In this document: one piece after another, positions 44,310-55,084 of the stretch
Layout of the letters: each line of letters opens with the position of its first letter
Position numbering within the stretch: the first letter of the stretch is position 1
IMG/VR virus record: IMGVR_UViG_3300046010_010555
Location: 5,336 to 69,335 of that record
Length of the DNA: 64,000 bases
Origin: a virus
Direction: 5' to 3' (one strand)
The notes under the pieces: generated by a model
Databases searched by the model: none
Told to the model about the DNA's origin: nothing
The model's input: only the letters and a program-made list of their open reading frames with translations
Program-made: the position numbers and the translations under genes

Positions 44310-46496
44310 TTACCCTTTGTATCCAAATTTGCGCAGCAAATCTTTGTCAATACCGCCGTCAGGTCTGCGAGCTAGTCTATCCAGTCGACCTACTGCTTTA
44401 CCCGATCTGTCTCTTAGTACGGTGTCTTCATAAGTACCATCTCTTGCCGGGATCGATCGCAAGTAGTCCATAAGCGTAACGGGAGTGTTTTTATCGAATA
44501 CGTCATTGGAGCGTATCGTATCCGGCCTAAAATCACTCGCATTAGGGATATCGTTTGAAACAGGAGCGAGATCACCCATAGCCTTTCTCGCTTCTCTGTT
44601 CAAGTTATCCCGCAGATTAATGTTAGGTTCTAAGAACTTATGTACAGTCCTCCACTCCTCAGGCGTGTATGAGCGAATATCGCGCCGTTGGTCAGGCGGT
44701 AGTTTTTCGTTCATCGTATCCACATACTGCTGAGCCTGCTGCATATAGCGCTCTGCTGCAACCGGATCTTCTCTGGTCCTGCCCGTAGGCATTCCTTTGG
44801 AGTCCATCTCAGGCACAGCAGTTATGCGACTAACCGTGTCTTGCGCTTGCTTATAATTAGCTTGATTACGATCGTAGTTTTGTTTTTCAGCAACAGCTGC
44901 AACATTTTTTAGATCTTGATCTCTAGTATATTCGAACGTTCGATCAAGATTAGCTTGGCTCTGCTGTCTTTCCAACTTATGTTTTTGCAGATCGACGTTC
45001 TTCATCTGAGCCTCAAGCACATCCTTCATAGATAACTTTCCGTCTCTGACGGCTTTATCAACAGCGGCGTTCTTGTTCCTCTCAGTGATTCCTTTGATAT
45101 AAGCTTGTCTTTTCTCCGGATTAGTCACTATATCGGCAGCATACCCACTAAGACCTGCCGCTTTCTCTGGGGACATTCCCGCACCAATAGCCTTGTAGTA
45201 CAAACCATCAGCAATCTCAGCCAGTCTGGCTTTTCCATATGCCTTACTATCATAGGTAGAGAGCTTGTTGCCGTATTTGCCCAGATCATTACCGACACTA
45301 GCCAGCCCAGCCTTGATACGGCGCAGGCCTTCAGGGTTATCTGACGACGAAATTGTACCTACCGGAGCGCCGGTATCCTTAGCCGTGAGAGTGAGCCCAT
45401 TACCGGTGCTTCCTACATTGACGGGTCTGTCAGGCTCTAGCTTGGTGGGACCAGATCGCAGACCTGCTATACCATCGTTGGTCACGAGCGGTAGAGATTC
45501 TGCAGCTTTAGGCGTAGCTGCAGGCGTAGCTGCAGGCGTAGCTGCAGGCGTAGCTACCGGAGCTGTACTCGGAGCTGTACTCGGAGCGGCCGCAGGTGTT
45601 TTCGTCGCTGCAACTGCGTCCGAAGGAGAGAGAAACGACGACACTTTGTTTCGTGCCTGCCGCGCCGTATCGAGCAGCCTTGAAGCGTAATACCCAGATA
45701 CTGCACCAGCAGGACCAGCTAGCTTTGCACCAGCTCGGGTAAACGAAGAAGCCAGCGCGTCAGAAGGGTTGTTGAGGTCAACCTTGTTATCTTTCTGTGC
45801 TCGATTTACAGAATAAGCTTCGCCAGCTACAGCCAGCGGAGTCAAGACTCTACCGGCTACATCAATCGCTGTGTTGGCAGCCCCTCGTAGACCGCGAAAA
45901 TTCAATTCGCTAGTAGGCCTACCTGTCCACGAATCTGTGCTAGGGCTAGGGCTAGCAGTGCCCTCCGCAGCAGTGAAAGAAGCTTCCGGTGCAGCGCTAG
46001 GTCTCGGAGTCCCGCTAAGTCGAGCTCTGACCTCAGCTTGCCTATCTCGCGCAGCCAATAGATCTCTGGTCGAGGCTGCGCCATCAGGCTCGACATACAT
46101 TGTAGGTCTTGTAGCAGCGGTGGCTTCGGCCTGTCTCTGGTTAGCGGCCTCTCGGAAAAAATTCATGTTGGAGTCAACAGCGCCGCTATTAACGAACCCC
46201 CTCAGGCTACCCAGATCGACAGCTCCCGGTTCTACACCGGTAGCTTGTCGAACGAGAGCGTTGAGCTGGCGCACACCATTAGCGTGGTCATTACCACCGA
46301 TGAACTTCACCGCCTCAGGATTAAGCATGTACTCACCCGGTCTGACCTTGGCGTCGATAGTATCCACACCGTGATCTTTAGCGACATTCCCAATCACACC
46401 GCCGTTCTTGTAGCCCATCTTAGGCACGCGCATAGTCATCTTGGTTACAACGCCGCCTTTTCTGTAGCCCTTCTTGGATTTGCAATTCATAGCCAT
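44310..46496 (-). CDS. Putative internal virion/ejection protein
   Basis: N-terminal YxxGG and D.I.A.V.PGEY.L..EAV motif; low-complexity AATP linker. Confidence 0.6.
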   Translation of the reverse strand: MAMNCKSKKGYRKGGVVTKMTMRVPKMGYKNGGVIGNVAKDHGVDTIDAKVRPGEYMLNPEAVKFIGGNDHANGVRQLNALVRQATGVEPGAVDLGSLRGFVNSGAVDSNMNFFREAANQRQAEATAATRPTMYVEPDGAASTRDLLAARDRQAEVRARLSGTPRPSAAPEASFTAAEGTASPSPSTDSWTGRPTSELNFRGLRGAANTAIDVAGRVLTPLAVAGEAYSVNRAQKDNKVDLNNPSDALASSFTRAGAKLAGPAGAVSGYYASRLLDTARQARNKVSSFLSPSDAVAATKTPAAAPSTAPSTAPVATPAATPAATPAATPKAAESLPLVTNDGIAGLRSGPTKLEPDRPVNVGSTGNGLTLTAKDTGAPVGTISSSDNPEGLRRIKAGLASVGNDLGKYGNKLSTYDSKAYGKARLAEIADGLYYKAIGAGMSPEKAAGLSGYAADIVTNPEKRQAYIKGITERNKNAAVDKAVRDGKLSMKDVLEAQMKNVDLQKHKLERQQSQANLDRTFEYTRDQDLKNVAAVAEKQNYDRNQANYKQAQDTVSRITAVPEMDSKGMPTGRTREDPVAAERYMQQAQQYVDTMNEKLPPDQRRDIRSYTPEEWRTVHKFLEPNINLRDNLNREARKAMGDLAPVSNDIPNASDFRPDTIRSNDVFDKNTPVTLMDYLRSIPARDGTYEDTVLRDRSGKAVGRLDRLARRPDGGIDKDLLRKFGYKG

Positions 46497-46511
46497 ATTT
46501 GTACCTGCTGA

Positions 46512-47525
46512 TTAGGCTTCGCCTTGATAAGAGTAGCTTGTGCTGGCAGATTGGCTCTGACTCAGCCCCGCGCTGGCGTGTAACGAATTAAGTGCTGATG
46601 CTGCCTGCACGCCCAAAGATTTAGCTGCTTCTGTAGCCGCGTCGACTCTCAGTTTAGCTTTCTCCATACGATAGTCTTTGTTCTTCAGCTCAGCCTGTTG
46701 AGCAAACTCAGCATTAGACAGACTAGCTTTCAATTTGAGATCCTCTACACTGATTCTCGCTCGATAATATTCAGACGCCGCGCCAATCAGCTTGGACTGA
46801 GAATCTGTAATAGACGGCACGACCTGCATAGAGGCTGTATACCCGATAGACACAGATCTTATGTACTCCATAGCCGCTTGAGTGGCTGAGTTATAAAGCA
46901 GCACAGACTGTTGTACTGCAAACCTAATGTTTTCTATCTCGATATCTATGTTTTTTATAGCCTGTTGTCTCGAAGACTCCGCGATCTTTTCATAGGCAGA
47001 CTGATTAATCATAAGGGCTTGGTGGGTAGCAGCACCCGGCGGCATAGGGAATCTACGCGCAGCCCATGTGCTGATCGTCTCGTCCACCAACCGGTCAGCT
47101 TCCTTTAGGATGCGAGACCGATCTCCCTCCCATATCTGGGTCTGAATCTTTGACGGGATACCAGTACCGCCGTTTTTTATGGTTGAGTACAACCACGACT
47201 CTGTTTCTGTCAGGTACGCAGAGTCATCGGGGAAGTACGTAGTCATATACTCGGCAAATTTTGCCGATAGCTGAGTAATAACAGTCGTAGCCAGCTCGTT
47301 AAACTTAGCTACACTCGCGCCTTCCGCCTGAGAGGGGATGTTGACCTGAGGCTCTATAACCGTAGGGGTGAAGCCGGTGGTGACAGGAACTACAGTCGGA
47401 GCTTCACCAGTAGCAGAAACAGCCTGATCTAAGTAGTTGTTAGACTCGACAGCCTTTTGTGTGCCGTACGCCCACGCTTGATTAAAGATGTCGTCTACAT
47501 ACGGAGCCCATTCTATAGTCGCCAT
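46512..47525 (-). CDS. Putative virion (ejection) protein
   Basis: Helical Ala-rich protein in the virion operon; RRFPMPPG motif. Confidence 0.55.
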   Translation of the reverse strand: MATIEWAPYVDDIFNQAWAYGTQKAVESNNYLDQAVSATGEAPTVVPVTTGFTPTVIEPQVNIPSQAEGASVAKFNELATTVITQLSAKFAEYMTTYFPDDSAYLTETESWLYSTIKNGGTGIPSKIQTQIWEGDRSRILKEADRLVDETISTWAARRFPMPPGAATHQALMINQSAYEKIAESSRQQAIKNIDIEIENIRFAVQQSVLLYNSATQAAMEYIRSVSIGYTASMQVVPSITDSQSKLIGAASEYYRARISVEDLKLKASLSNAEFAQQAELKNKDYRMEKAKLRVDAATEAAKSLGVQAASALNSLHASAGLSQSQSASTSYSYQGEA

Positions 47526-49450
47526 CAGATTCTCCTATCCAGCACTACGGCTGCAAACTCAACGGTAGACAAATCAAAATCACACCCGTCGCTATTATAA
47601 ACCTCAAACTGAAAGTAATTGGCTCTAAGGCCTTTACCAACATCAACTCGTTGTATTTTAAGCGAAGAATCATCTCTACGTGCAGAATAAATGTACTCAC
47701 TGCCTTCTACCGTAACTTTTAAATACATGGTTCCGCTAGAAGAGACACCCATGTAGCAGTTGCTTATCCTCTTAAGCTCAGAGCGACCGAAATTCTGCAG
47801 GCCGAAATTGACTGAAGATCGTATAGGTAGTCCATCATCAGTGTCGCCTTCCAGAAGATACAGACCGTCGGACTTACACCCGTAGTACCTGCTATCTAGC
47901 ATAGCAAAACTGTTATATCCAAAATTTTCGTAGGTTGAGTTAGCTTTGGTATCAGCGTTAAGGACCCAGACTTCACTCGTATTATCGAAGAGAGGTACGC
48001 TGAAACCAGCCAGAACTGTAGATCTGAGAATAGCTTCAAGGATAGAAGTGCTGCTGAGAGCAGTAGTGGTTGTGACAGCGCTGATTACATTGTCGTCTTT
48101 CAATGACTGCAAAGCCATGACAGTCGATATCTGCATATCGCTGTTCATTATCACTACGACGGTGTAATCGTCTATCCACGAGCTGAACAGACCTACATTC
48201 GAGTGCAGAGTAGCACTTGTATTCCCTTCGTATGCACTAGCGTAGTTGGTCAGGCTTTCAAATCTTGTAGAGCTTGACCCGTAAACATGATTAGAAGATA
48301 CAGCGTACATATACCCGAACGAGACAGTTGCGCCGCCTACAGAACCGCTTAGACTGGTAGCAGATATAGTCATAGGTACAAAGAACACATCTGAGATAGC
48401 GTAGCTAGGGACTAGCAGCCCTACTTCGATAATAGTCTTCAGAGGTTCAAACGCTGCATACGAGCCGCCATATAGGTAATCTCCGCCTATAGAAATGAGA
48501 GCGGAAAAATCAGCTGCGCCTTTGCTCGCCTTAGAACTAGTCGTAGTCAGAGGCAGAAACTGCGTAACGCTATAGCGATAGGCATAATTAGCTGCAGTTG
48601 ACTGTAGCGGTAAGAAAAACGCCCCATGCTGACCTAGACTGAGTATCTCTGCTTCCGTGCCGCTAGGAATAGTGACAACGCCGGAAGATGCTACGGAATA
48701 GAACGATGGGTCATAGATCGTATCGTCTGCAGAATACATTGATACATCTAGGAATAATACTTCTGCACTAGTCGCGGAGCTAACATAGACAACAGACCCG
48801 TTACGTTTGTAGCGAATGACTGAGCTGCCGCGCTCGACAGAAAAAATATCTCCGTCAGCAAACTGACCTACATATAATTTCTGTACGCCGTTCTCATAGA
48901 TTTGGGCAATGCCTCTAGACAAGTACCACGCAAAATTGATGTTCGTGTAACCCGCGTCGGAATCTTCCTCGTTCAGACCTGCAACTACACCCATAGAGGA
49001 TACAGGCACTTTGAAGGACACGCCGCCGTTACCAGAAATAAATCCTATTGATCTAGCGCCGGAATTCCATCCGAAATTCCAATCAATTAAGAGCTGCGCC
49101 GGAACCGCTGGTTTAGCAAGCGTAGGAGGTACGTACTGCTGCTCAGGTATGCGTACGGACACAAGCGTGTCTTTGCAGACGTAAGACGTACTAACTTTAT
49201 ACGAACTTAGTACATAGCCGTAAGCATCCACGGCCTGCAGGACATATCCGGTATCTGCGCTGCCCGGGTCTTTACGGAATACCCACGTTAGCGCTACCGC
49301 TGGAGGAGCAAGAGTCTCTTCAAAGGCACATACTTCCTTGTGTTCGTATGTTATGTACGCTTTTCTATACGGTTGCCCGGGGTTATATTCTACCGCTGCC
49401 TCACCCGGAACGTAGGTAGTTACTTTTTGTTTTCTGAGGATATTTTGCAT
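47525..49450 (-). CDS. Virion structural (tail) protein
   Basis: Beta-rich; C-terminal W.LN......Y.N.G.NSFA...G.DDG..I...GKGLRANY.QF block. Confidence 0.55.
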   Translation of the reverse strand: MQNILRKQKVTTYVPGEAAVEYNPGQPYRKAYITYEHKEVCAFEETLAPPAVALTWVFRKDPGSADTGYVLQAVDAYGYVLSSYKVSTSYVCKDTLVSVRIPEQQYVPPTLAKPAVPAQLLIDWNFGWNSGARSIGFISGNGGVSFKVPVSSMGVVAGLNEEDSDAGYTNINFAWYLSRGIAQIYENGVQKLYVGQFADGDIFSVERGSSVIRYKRNGSVVYVSSATSAEVLFLDVSMYSADDTIYDPSFYSVASSGVVTIPSGTEAEILSLGQHGAFFLPLQSTAANYAYRYSVTQFLPLTTTSSKASKGAADFSALISIGGDYLYGGSYAAFEPLKTIIEVGLLVPSYAISDVFFVPMTISATSLSGSVGGATVSFGYMYAVSSNHVYGSSSTRFESLTNYASAYEGNTSATLHSNVGLFSSWIDDYTVVVIMNSDMQISTVMALQSLKDDNVISAVTTTTALSSTSILEAILRSTVLAGFSVPLFDNTSEVWVLNADTKANSTYENFGYNSFAMLDSRYYGCKSDGLYLLEGDTDDGLPIRSSVNFGLQNFGRSELKRISNCYMGVSSSGTMYLKVTVEGSEYIYSARRDDSSLKIQRVDVGKGLRANYFQFEVYNSDGCDFDLSTVEFAAVVLDRRI

Positions 49451-49457
49451 AAATCAC

Positions 49458-50867
49458 CTAGTCCAGAGGTGGTGAAACGGACGAATTGGATACCCATGGT
49501 GCGCCGGGAGTCGATGCTGCAGATCCTCCAGTTCTATCTCTGAAGCGATTTACTATCTGAAAAGCATTCGATAATTCAGGAGTCGTAGCGCTTATCGTGC
49601 TCCGAAAAGTCCATGTATCACCCAGATCTTTACTTATATACAGATTATACGCGCCATCCCAAGCAGGGCACATAATAGTAGACGGGTCGAGCCACGCTAC
49701 TTGCCCTGTATGCGCAGCAGACCACGGTAGCAATTTCGTGGTCCACGTGTATCCGCCATCAACAGACACAATTATCGAGTATGTATCGTTTGACGCGCCG
49801 GGAAAACCAAACTGTAAAACAATAGTGTCTTTTGGCCCCGGCCCCGCGTTGTCTACGATGTACGCTTGCTCTGCCACAGCAGGAGTGTAAGGTATCGTCG
49901 ATATCAACGTCATAGACGAACCGACTAATTCGTAGACTTCATAATCAGCATATGGAAAAGACGAATAGTTATCTATGGCAGGTATGAGACAAACTACTCG
50001 ATTCGGCGTCATGGGAAGAAAGACAGATCCATCTACTGTATCAATCATATTGACATCAGATATAGACCGCCCAGTCATGAATCCTGAAGGCAGGAATATC
50101 TGAGTCCACGAAGCCCCGCCGTCTGTAGACTTCTGTAGTATTGGAGCTAATGGCGTGGATGACGAACCCAAAGTCCCATAGTGAAGAAGGGGAAGGAAAG
50201 CTAGCAATGAAGACGGCTCTATTCGTCTTACCTTCGGCCTATAAGAAGCATAAGTCGAACTTTGGATAACATTACCGACAACCCATCCGCCGTTCTCGAA
50301 ACGAAGATACGTCCCGTAGAACTTTGAAGTTGTAGCGTTATACAGCGTTACAGATACGCCGAACATTGGGATACTTCGTGACCAACTACTATCGACAGCA
50401 GCATCAATCAACTCCCACTGGTAACTACCGTATCCCGATATGAACGTAGAATAAAACGCTGGAATTTGCGTAAAGCGTATGCCGTCACGAGACAAATTGA
50501 ACGTGAACGTAACAGAGTCGATTTTATACGCCAGAGCGCCCCAACCACCGCCTATGTAATTGAAGTTTGGAAGAGCAAAATCCGACCCGCTAACAGGTGT
50601 ACGGGAGACACGAAAAAACCTGCCAGCGTATTGAGCCGCGTGGATATAGGATTGTTGGGAAGTGAGCGCTTCTCCTAAAGTGAAGAAGCTGTAGAACTCT
50701 TCAGCTTTAGCTTCCGCCTTAGTAACGGACACACTAGATAGTCCTATCCGCGTCGATGCACTAAAGTCTGGACCAGACGCGGTCAGGAAAGGTCTTCCGA
50801 GAGTTTCTAAATGCCTAGCTTTAGCCTCTCCGACAGCATGAGGACCATCAAAAAGCTTAGGTTTCAC
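49458..50867 (-). CDS. BNR/Asp-box beta-propeller protein (putative receptor-binding)
   Basis: STDGGASW, SVDGGYTW, SKDLGDTW repeats. Confidence 0.65.
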   Translation of the reverse strand: MKPKLFDGPHAVGEAKARHLETLGRPFLTASGPDFSASTRIGLSSVSVTKAEAKAEEFYSFFTLGEALTSQQSYIHAAQYAGRFFRVSRTPVSGSDFALPNFNYIGGGWGALAYKIDSVTFTFNLSRDGIRFTQIPAFYSTFISGYGSYQWELIDAAVDSSWSRSIPMFGVSVTLYNATTSKFYGTYLRFENGGWVVGNVIQSSTYASYRPKVRRIEPSSLLAFLPLLHYGTLGSSSTPLAPILQKSTDGGASWTQIFLPSGFMTGRSISDVNMIDTVDGSVFLPMTPNRVVCLIPAIDNYSSFPYADYEVYELVGSSMTLISTIPYTPAVAEQAYIVDNAGPGPKDTIVLQFGFPGASNDTYSIIVSVDGGYTWTTKLLPWSAAHTGQVAWLDPSTIMCPAWDGAYNLYISKDLGDTWTFRSTISATTPELSNAFQIVNRFRDRTGGSAASTPGAPWVSNSSVSPPLD

Positions 50868-51891
50868 TGAGAACTTCGTAGGAAGAAACGAAGTTCTGCC
50901 AGAACTCTGAAATAGTGACTACGACAGTCCCGCTCTTGAAAAGAAACATGTACGGCACACTATTACTGTCGTCACTAATCACTTCTGTCCAAGATGTACC
51001 AGTTGTAGAAGCTTTAAGTCCTCGATTTCCATACAGATACGTCGTAGCGATAAGAGTATCGTCTATGCTTTGTAGAGAACAGTTTGTCTGTAAGTCGTAA
51101 GCAACAAGTGAGCTGGCAACTACGACGCTTGACCAACTAACTCCGTCAGCAGACTTTAGAAGTTTTACTGCGGCGGTCCCGGAAGGTGTGGTAGGACGCC
51201 AATAGAGTATCCAGTAAAAACCGCCAGCATAAGTTACGATATTATCCCCATCCATCAATCGGATATTATTGTAATCGCTGAGCGTATCTAGTTCGGTCGT
51301 AGTCCAAGTAGTCCCGTTAGTAGAGGTTGCTATCGTAGTAGCATACACCTCGAACGCATTATTAACGGCTATAAGCTGACCGTTCAGAAAATGAATGCGT
51401 GCTGCTGAAAACCCCGATGGTCCCGTCACCGTCCCTTCGCTACTTCCATCTGCAAGATAGAGCATATCTTCGCTAGTTGCGAAAACAAGCGCCCCAGACA
51501 CACCTGCTACATCATATAAACCCAGTCCAGTTGAAGATACAACCACAGATGTCCACGAACTACCGGTGGAGGATATTAATGCTTCGCCGTACGTAGAACA
51601 GATGACGAACTTATTATTGACGTACTTGATTGTGAAGACGTCGAGTCCCGGATACCCCGTGTTAACAGTAGTCCATGTACTACCACCATCCATAGATCTA
51701 CGTACATACTGACTATCGCTCGTAAGAAGAACAATAGTATCCCCGCTTGCATCGCAAGCTGCTCCACGCAAATAGACATTGGGGGTATCCATCAGTGCGG
51801 ATGCCCACGAAGCGCCATCAGAAGACGAGGCTAAAAGTCCATTACCGGCGTAGGACTCTACTCTGTCTTGAATTGCGTAAAGCTTAGTCAT
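50857..51891 (-). CDS. Asp-box beta-propeller virion protein
   Basis: SSDGASW, SMDGGSTW, STNGTTW, SADGVSW repeats. Confidence 0.65.
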   Translation of the reverse strand: MTKLYAIQDRVESYAGNGLLASSSDGASWASALMDTPNVYLRGAACDASGDTIVLLTSDSQYVRRSMDGGSTWTTVNTGYPGLDVFTIKYVNNKFVICSTYGEALISSTGSSWTSVVVSSTGLGLYDVAGVSGALVFATSEDMLYLADGSSEGTVTGPSGFSAARIHFLNGQLIAVNNAFEVYATTIATSTNGTTWTTTELDTLSDYNNIRLMDGDNIVTYAGGFYWILYWRPTTPSGTAAVKLLKSADGVSWSSVVVASSLVAYDLQTNCSLQSIDDTLIATTYLYGNRGLKASTTGTSWTEVISDDSNSVPYMFLFKSGTVVVTISEFWQNFVSSYEVLSET

Positions 51892-51894
51892 GGA

Positions 51895-52335
51895 TTACAG
51901 CGTCGGCAGAGCCACAGAGTAGTAGTCTATGGTCTGCGTGGCACCACTAGTCAGGCTCACAGAGGATAGATTCAGCTCTGCGCCGACCAGCCCTACAGCT
52001 CCTTGAAGACGTACAGCTGTAGTTGAGAGTGTACCGTCATCACTTGAAGCAACGTGTCTGTAGTAAGAGGCCGTTCCAGTGGCGACGTTAACTCCAGACC
52101 ACACTTCAGAAGTAGCCTTAGACAACACACCGCCCGATGCAGCAGTGTCGAAATTAATGCCGGTGCCAGCACTATTGATCGATATAGTGCAAAGCAGCGT
52201 GCCAGTCACAGCAGCGTCGGCGGTAGCAGGTACAGTGCCGGAATAGATTTTGATGAAGCCCGCAGTAAGAGCGGATTTGAGAGATCCGCTGCTCAGCATA
52301 CTGTTTCGAGCGCCGGTAGAAGTTTTAAAAGCCAT
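51895..52335 (-). CDS. Virion structural protein
   Basis: IYSGTVPATAD, GTA.Y.R, RLQG.VG..GAELNL motifs. Confidence 0.65.
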   Translation of the reverse strand: MAFKTSTGARNSMLSSGSLKSALTAGFIKIYSGTVPATADAAVTGTLLCTISINSAGTGINFDTAASGGVLSKATSEVWSGVNVATGTASYYRHVASSDDGTLSTTAVRLQGAVGLVGAELNLSSVSLTSGATQTIDYYSVALPTL

Positions 52336-52347
52336 GATGATGTTCCT

Positions 52348-52848
52348 TTATGCAGAAGCCATAGTAAATCCAGCGGTTACGCGCAACACGCTGCCGCTGT
52401 CCACAGATTTCGGTGAACCGAATCTAACAACCGATAAGAGAGTACCTGAGGTGCTGCTCTTCGCAGAAGCTGAACTTATAAATCCGCCGTAGACCGTCTT
52501 GGTCGCGTTGAAAGTAAATTCAGCCTTGTTACTAGAATTATCAACGCCACCTGCCGTCACAGTACCTGAGGTGAACGTCAAACGCGTTGACGCAGTATAA
52601 GCCACGGTCTCAGTAGCGGCGACTGGAAACGTCGCCATAACATCGCTGCTAGTAGGAGTGTAGTTGCCTTCGTACAAACCGATGTACCAAGTGCTTACCT
52701 GAGCTTCTCCTTTCAGAAGAACGCCCAGCGTGTGATTAATACCTGCCGTCGGCATTAGATTGGTTACGACTTCGCTGTCAGTGACAGTTCCATCGGCAGA
52801 TACGACTTCTACCAGATAGGTAAAGCCCGCTTTCATAGTCTCGTTCAT
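52348..52848 (-). CDS. Virion structural protein
   Basis: NL.P..G.NH.L, WYIGL, TVYGGF......GTL.SVVRF motifs. Confidence 0.65.
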   Translation of the reverse strand: MNETMKAGFTYLVEVVSADGTVTDSEVVTNLMPTAGINHTLGVLLKGEAQVSTWYIGLYEGNYTPTSSDVMATFPVAATETVAYTASTRLTFTSGTVTAGGVDNSSNKAEFTFNATKTVYGGFISSASAKSSTSGTLLSVVRFGSPKSVDSGSVLRVTAGFTMASA

Positions 52849-54098
52849 AGAACTGTCTCCTTGCGAATAACTTCAGCGTCCATAAACGAGCTAGCCGCCA
52901 TGACGGTGCTCTGAGGACCAAATAGTGTGGATATCATCTGTTTCAAACCGTCCTGCTCTCGAAATAAAGACGCCCCGCTTACTGCCGGAGCTACGGCTAC
53001 ATTCTTCTCCTGAAGATTCAAAGCCTGTCCGTCTTGTGAAGCTACAACCATGCCGCGCTCTGACATCCACCATACATCGTTAGTATTCGGAATGACGCCG
53101 CTAGTACCGTATATAGCTCTATATGGTAAAACCGGATTGAGGTCAGCTCGTGGTAAATCGCCGTCAATCCAATAAGTCTGATCCGCTGACAGATAAAAAC
53201 CGTTCTGTCTAGGTTCGACCATGGTAATCGGCTCTGGGAACGGAATGTAATTCTGAGCCGGATTATACAGGGAATAAGCATAGGGCTCTGAATAGAATAA
53301 GAAATTTCCAGAGGCTACTAGCAATCGACCATTCAGCAGTCGAACTATGTTCCCCGCAGGCGTAGGAGCTAAAAGAAACCCAACAGGGCGTGATTTTTGA
53401 TCAGGTAGAGCTGAAAAAGTCAGGGTGCTAGAGCTGACAGTCGCCGCTGCATAAAACTGATCTCCGTTTGTACCCGTCATGTATACAGTGGTAGCATACC
53501 CGTCGAGTAGAGGAATATCCTGTAGTTCTATACGGCTGGTGTCAGAAGAAACCTCTATCACGATAGGCGTCGATGTTCCGCCTTCCTCTCCAGAAGGCAA
53601 CTCGTGCGAGACCGCAAGCTGGTATCTGCCAGAAGGAATACTACCTTGAGTGCTTTGGACAGTGACACTAGGATTCTTACACGGCAGAGGGATAACAGCC
53701 GGTGAAATAACTCCGGAAGAGCTTATTCGAAAGAACTGCACACCGTTGGACGCGTAAATATCCAGCGGAGTCTTGCAGTAAGAAAACCCAAGCCCCGGCG
53801 TAACGGAGGCCAATACTGTCGGTGAGAAGGAAGACGTAACACGATAGAGCTTATCGTAGTCTACATAGAAGGCAGCGTCATCGCTGTAATCGCTCCAGAA
53901 CGAATGGCACTCCCCGCCTGACACAACTTTGTCAGCTCCTTTACGACGCTGCAGGGTACCCGCATCTGTGATATCGACGTTGGCAGCGGCAGTGACGAAG
54001 ACACCAGAGGCTTCCGCGCTATTCATCCTGAGCTTATCAGGAGGAAGTCGGTTATTGACTCCGAGAATAGAGGCTAGAGAAACAGTAGGAACGCTCAC
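52845..54098 (-). CDS. Virion structural protein, putative tail nozzle-like
   Basis: GVNNRLP, A.NVD....G.L.RR.G, GRL.VA.G..L.YSEP; GTG start overlapping the upstream stop. Confidence 0.6.
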   Translation of the reverse strand: MSVPTVSLASILGVNNRLPPDKLRMNSAEASGVFVTAAANVDITDAGTLQRRKGADKVVSGGECHSFWSDYSDDAAFYVDYDKLYRVTSSFSPTVLASVTPGLGFSYCKTPLDIYASNGVQFFRISSSGVISPAVIPLPCKNPSVTVQSTQGSIPSGRYQLAVSHELPSGEEGGTSTPIVIEVSSDTSRIELQDIPLLDGYATTVYMTGTNGDQFYAAATVSSSTLTFSALPDQKSRPVGFLLAPTPAGNIVRLLNGRLLVASGNFLFYSEPYAYSLYNPAQNYIPFPEPITMVEPRQNGFYLSADQTYWIDGDLPRADLNPVLPYRAIYGTSGVIPNTNDVWWMSERGMVVASQDGQALNLQEKNVAVAPAVSGASLFREQDGLKQMISTLFGPQSTVMAASSFMDAEVIRKETVL

Positions 54099-54277
54099 TT
54101 GCCGTCGAACCAAGTGGCGATCTTATCCATTCCAAACAAGGAAACGATCGCTATACCAAAAGCTACAATCCATTTAGCTGATTTACTTAGCTGAGCCAGC
54201 TGCTTCAGTTCCTTCAACTCTTCTTTGGTAAGAGCCTCTGAAGTATCCAAAACTTCCAGTGAGTTGCGATCTGTCAT
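54095..54277 (-). CDS. Small membrane protein (holin or antiholin candidate)
   Basis: Single C-terminal TM helix in the lysis cassette. Confidence 0.45.
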   Translation of the reverse strand: MTDRNSLEVLDTSEALTKEELKELKQLAQLSKSAKWIVAFGIAIVSLFGMDKIATWFDGK

Positions 54278-54281
54278 AGCC

Positions 54282-54446
54282 TTACTTCCTTGTTAAAACT
54301 ATGGCTAGCAGACTAGCGACACTCGCCCCGGCTTCCGCGATTTTTAACGTAAGCTCTGGATCTAGGTTGATCCCTATTAAGGTCATAAGTCCTATAATTC
54401 CAGCCCACGTAGATGGGTCTTTGAGGGAGATCGCTATTTTATACAT
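54282..54446 (-). CDS. Putative holin (54 aa, 2 TM)
   Basis: LKDPSTWAGIIGLMTLIG motif; directly downstream of the endolysin. Confidence 0.6.
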   Translation of the reverse strand: MYKIAISLKDPSTWAGIIGLMTLIGINLDPELTLKIAEAGASVASLLAIVLTRK

Positions 54447-54448
54447 TC

Positions 54449-54865
54449 TTAAATTCTCGCTAACTGAAAATGCATGCCGTCCTTTTTAGTCCAGTCTCCA
54501 CCCCAATCAAAACCCGCGTCTTTGAAACATTTCACAAAGCCAGCAGACATGGTTGGTTGTTTTCCAAACCCATTCCAAGCGGCGTTAACATCTATGGCGA
54601 TCCCCCAAGAATGCAGGGAACTGCTTGATGCACCACGTTTTTTTCTAATGTTAAAGCATCCGTCCCACGTACGCAATTCTTTAACGTTTCCCGTAGATAT
54701 CAAGTTTTCAAAGGCTTTTGCCAACGGAGCAATCATATCTTTGTTGCAATATATCCGCTTAGGGATAGATCCAATCTCCAGCTCTGTAGGCACATCCCAC
54801 AAGGTCATATGGGCCTCAGACTCAGGAGCGCCGTACTTTTTCAAACACTGTTGTGACGTAACCAT
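54449..54865 (-). CDS. Endolysin, M15-family peptidase
   Basis: GCFNIR, SLHSWGIAIDVN, FDWGG.W..KDGMHFQ. Confidence 0.9.
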   Translation of the reverse strand: MVTSQQCLKKYGAPESEAHMTLWDVPTELEIGSIPKRIYCNKDMIAPLAKAFENLISTGNVKELRTWDGCFNIRKKRGASSSSLHSWGIAIDVNAAWNGFGKQPTMSAGFVKCFKDAGFDWGGDWTKKDGMHFQLARI

Positions 54866-54903
54866 ACGAACTCCCGAATCATGAAAGGCTACTGCCAATA
54901 AAG

Positions 54904-55080
54904 TTAAGCAGTGGTGGAATGCGAATCCTGCGTTATCTCCGTACTAGAAGGAGCAGCTTCCGCTTGCTGCTTAATCTTCATTATCAACGGGAACACACCC
55001 GTTTTTGTTGGTAAGTCACCAAGTACAGTGATAATTGCGTTTATTTCTTCGACAGTAAGGGTCAAATGTATTTCGTTCAT
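54904..55080 (-). CDS. Small tail-fibre-associated protein (58 aa)
   Basis: LTLTVEEINAI...LG.LP......LI.KI..QA; below the ORF-track cutoff. Confidence 0.6.
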   Translation of the reverse strand: MNEIHLTLTVEEINAIITVLGDLPTKTGVFPLIMKIKQQAEAAPSSTEITQDSHSTTA

Positions 55081-55084
55081 CTTC

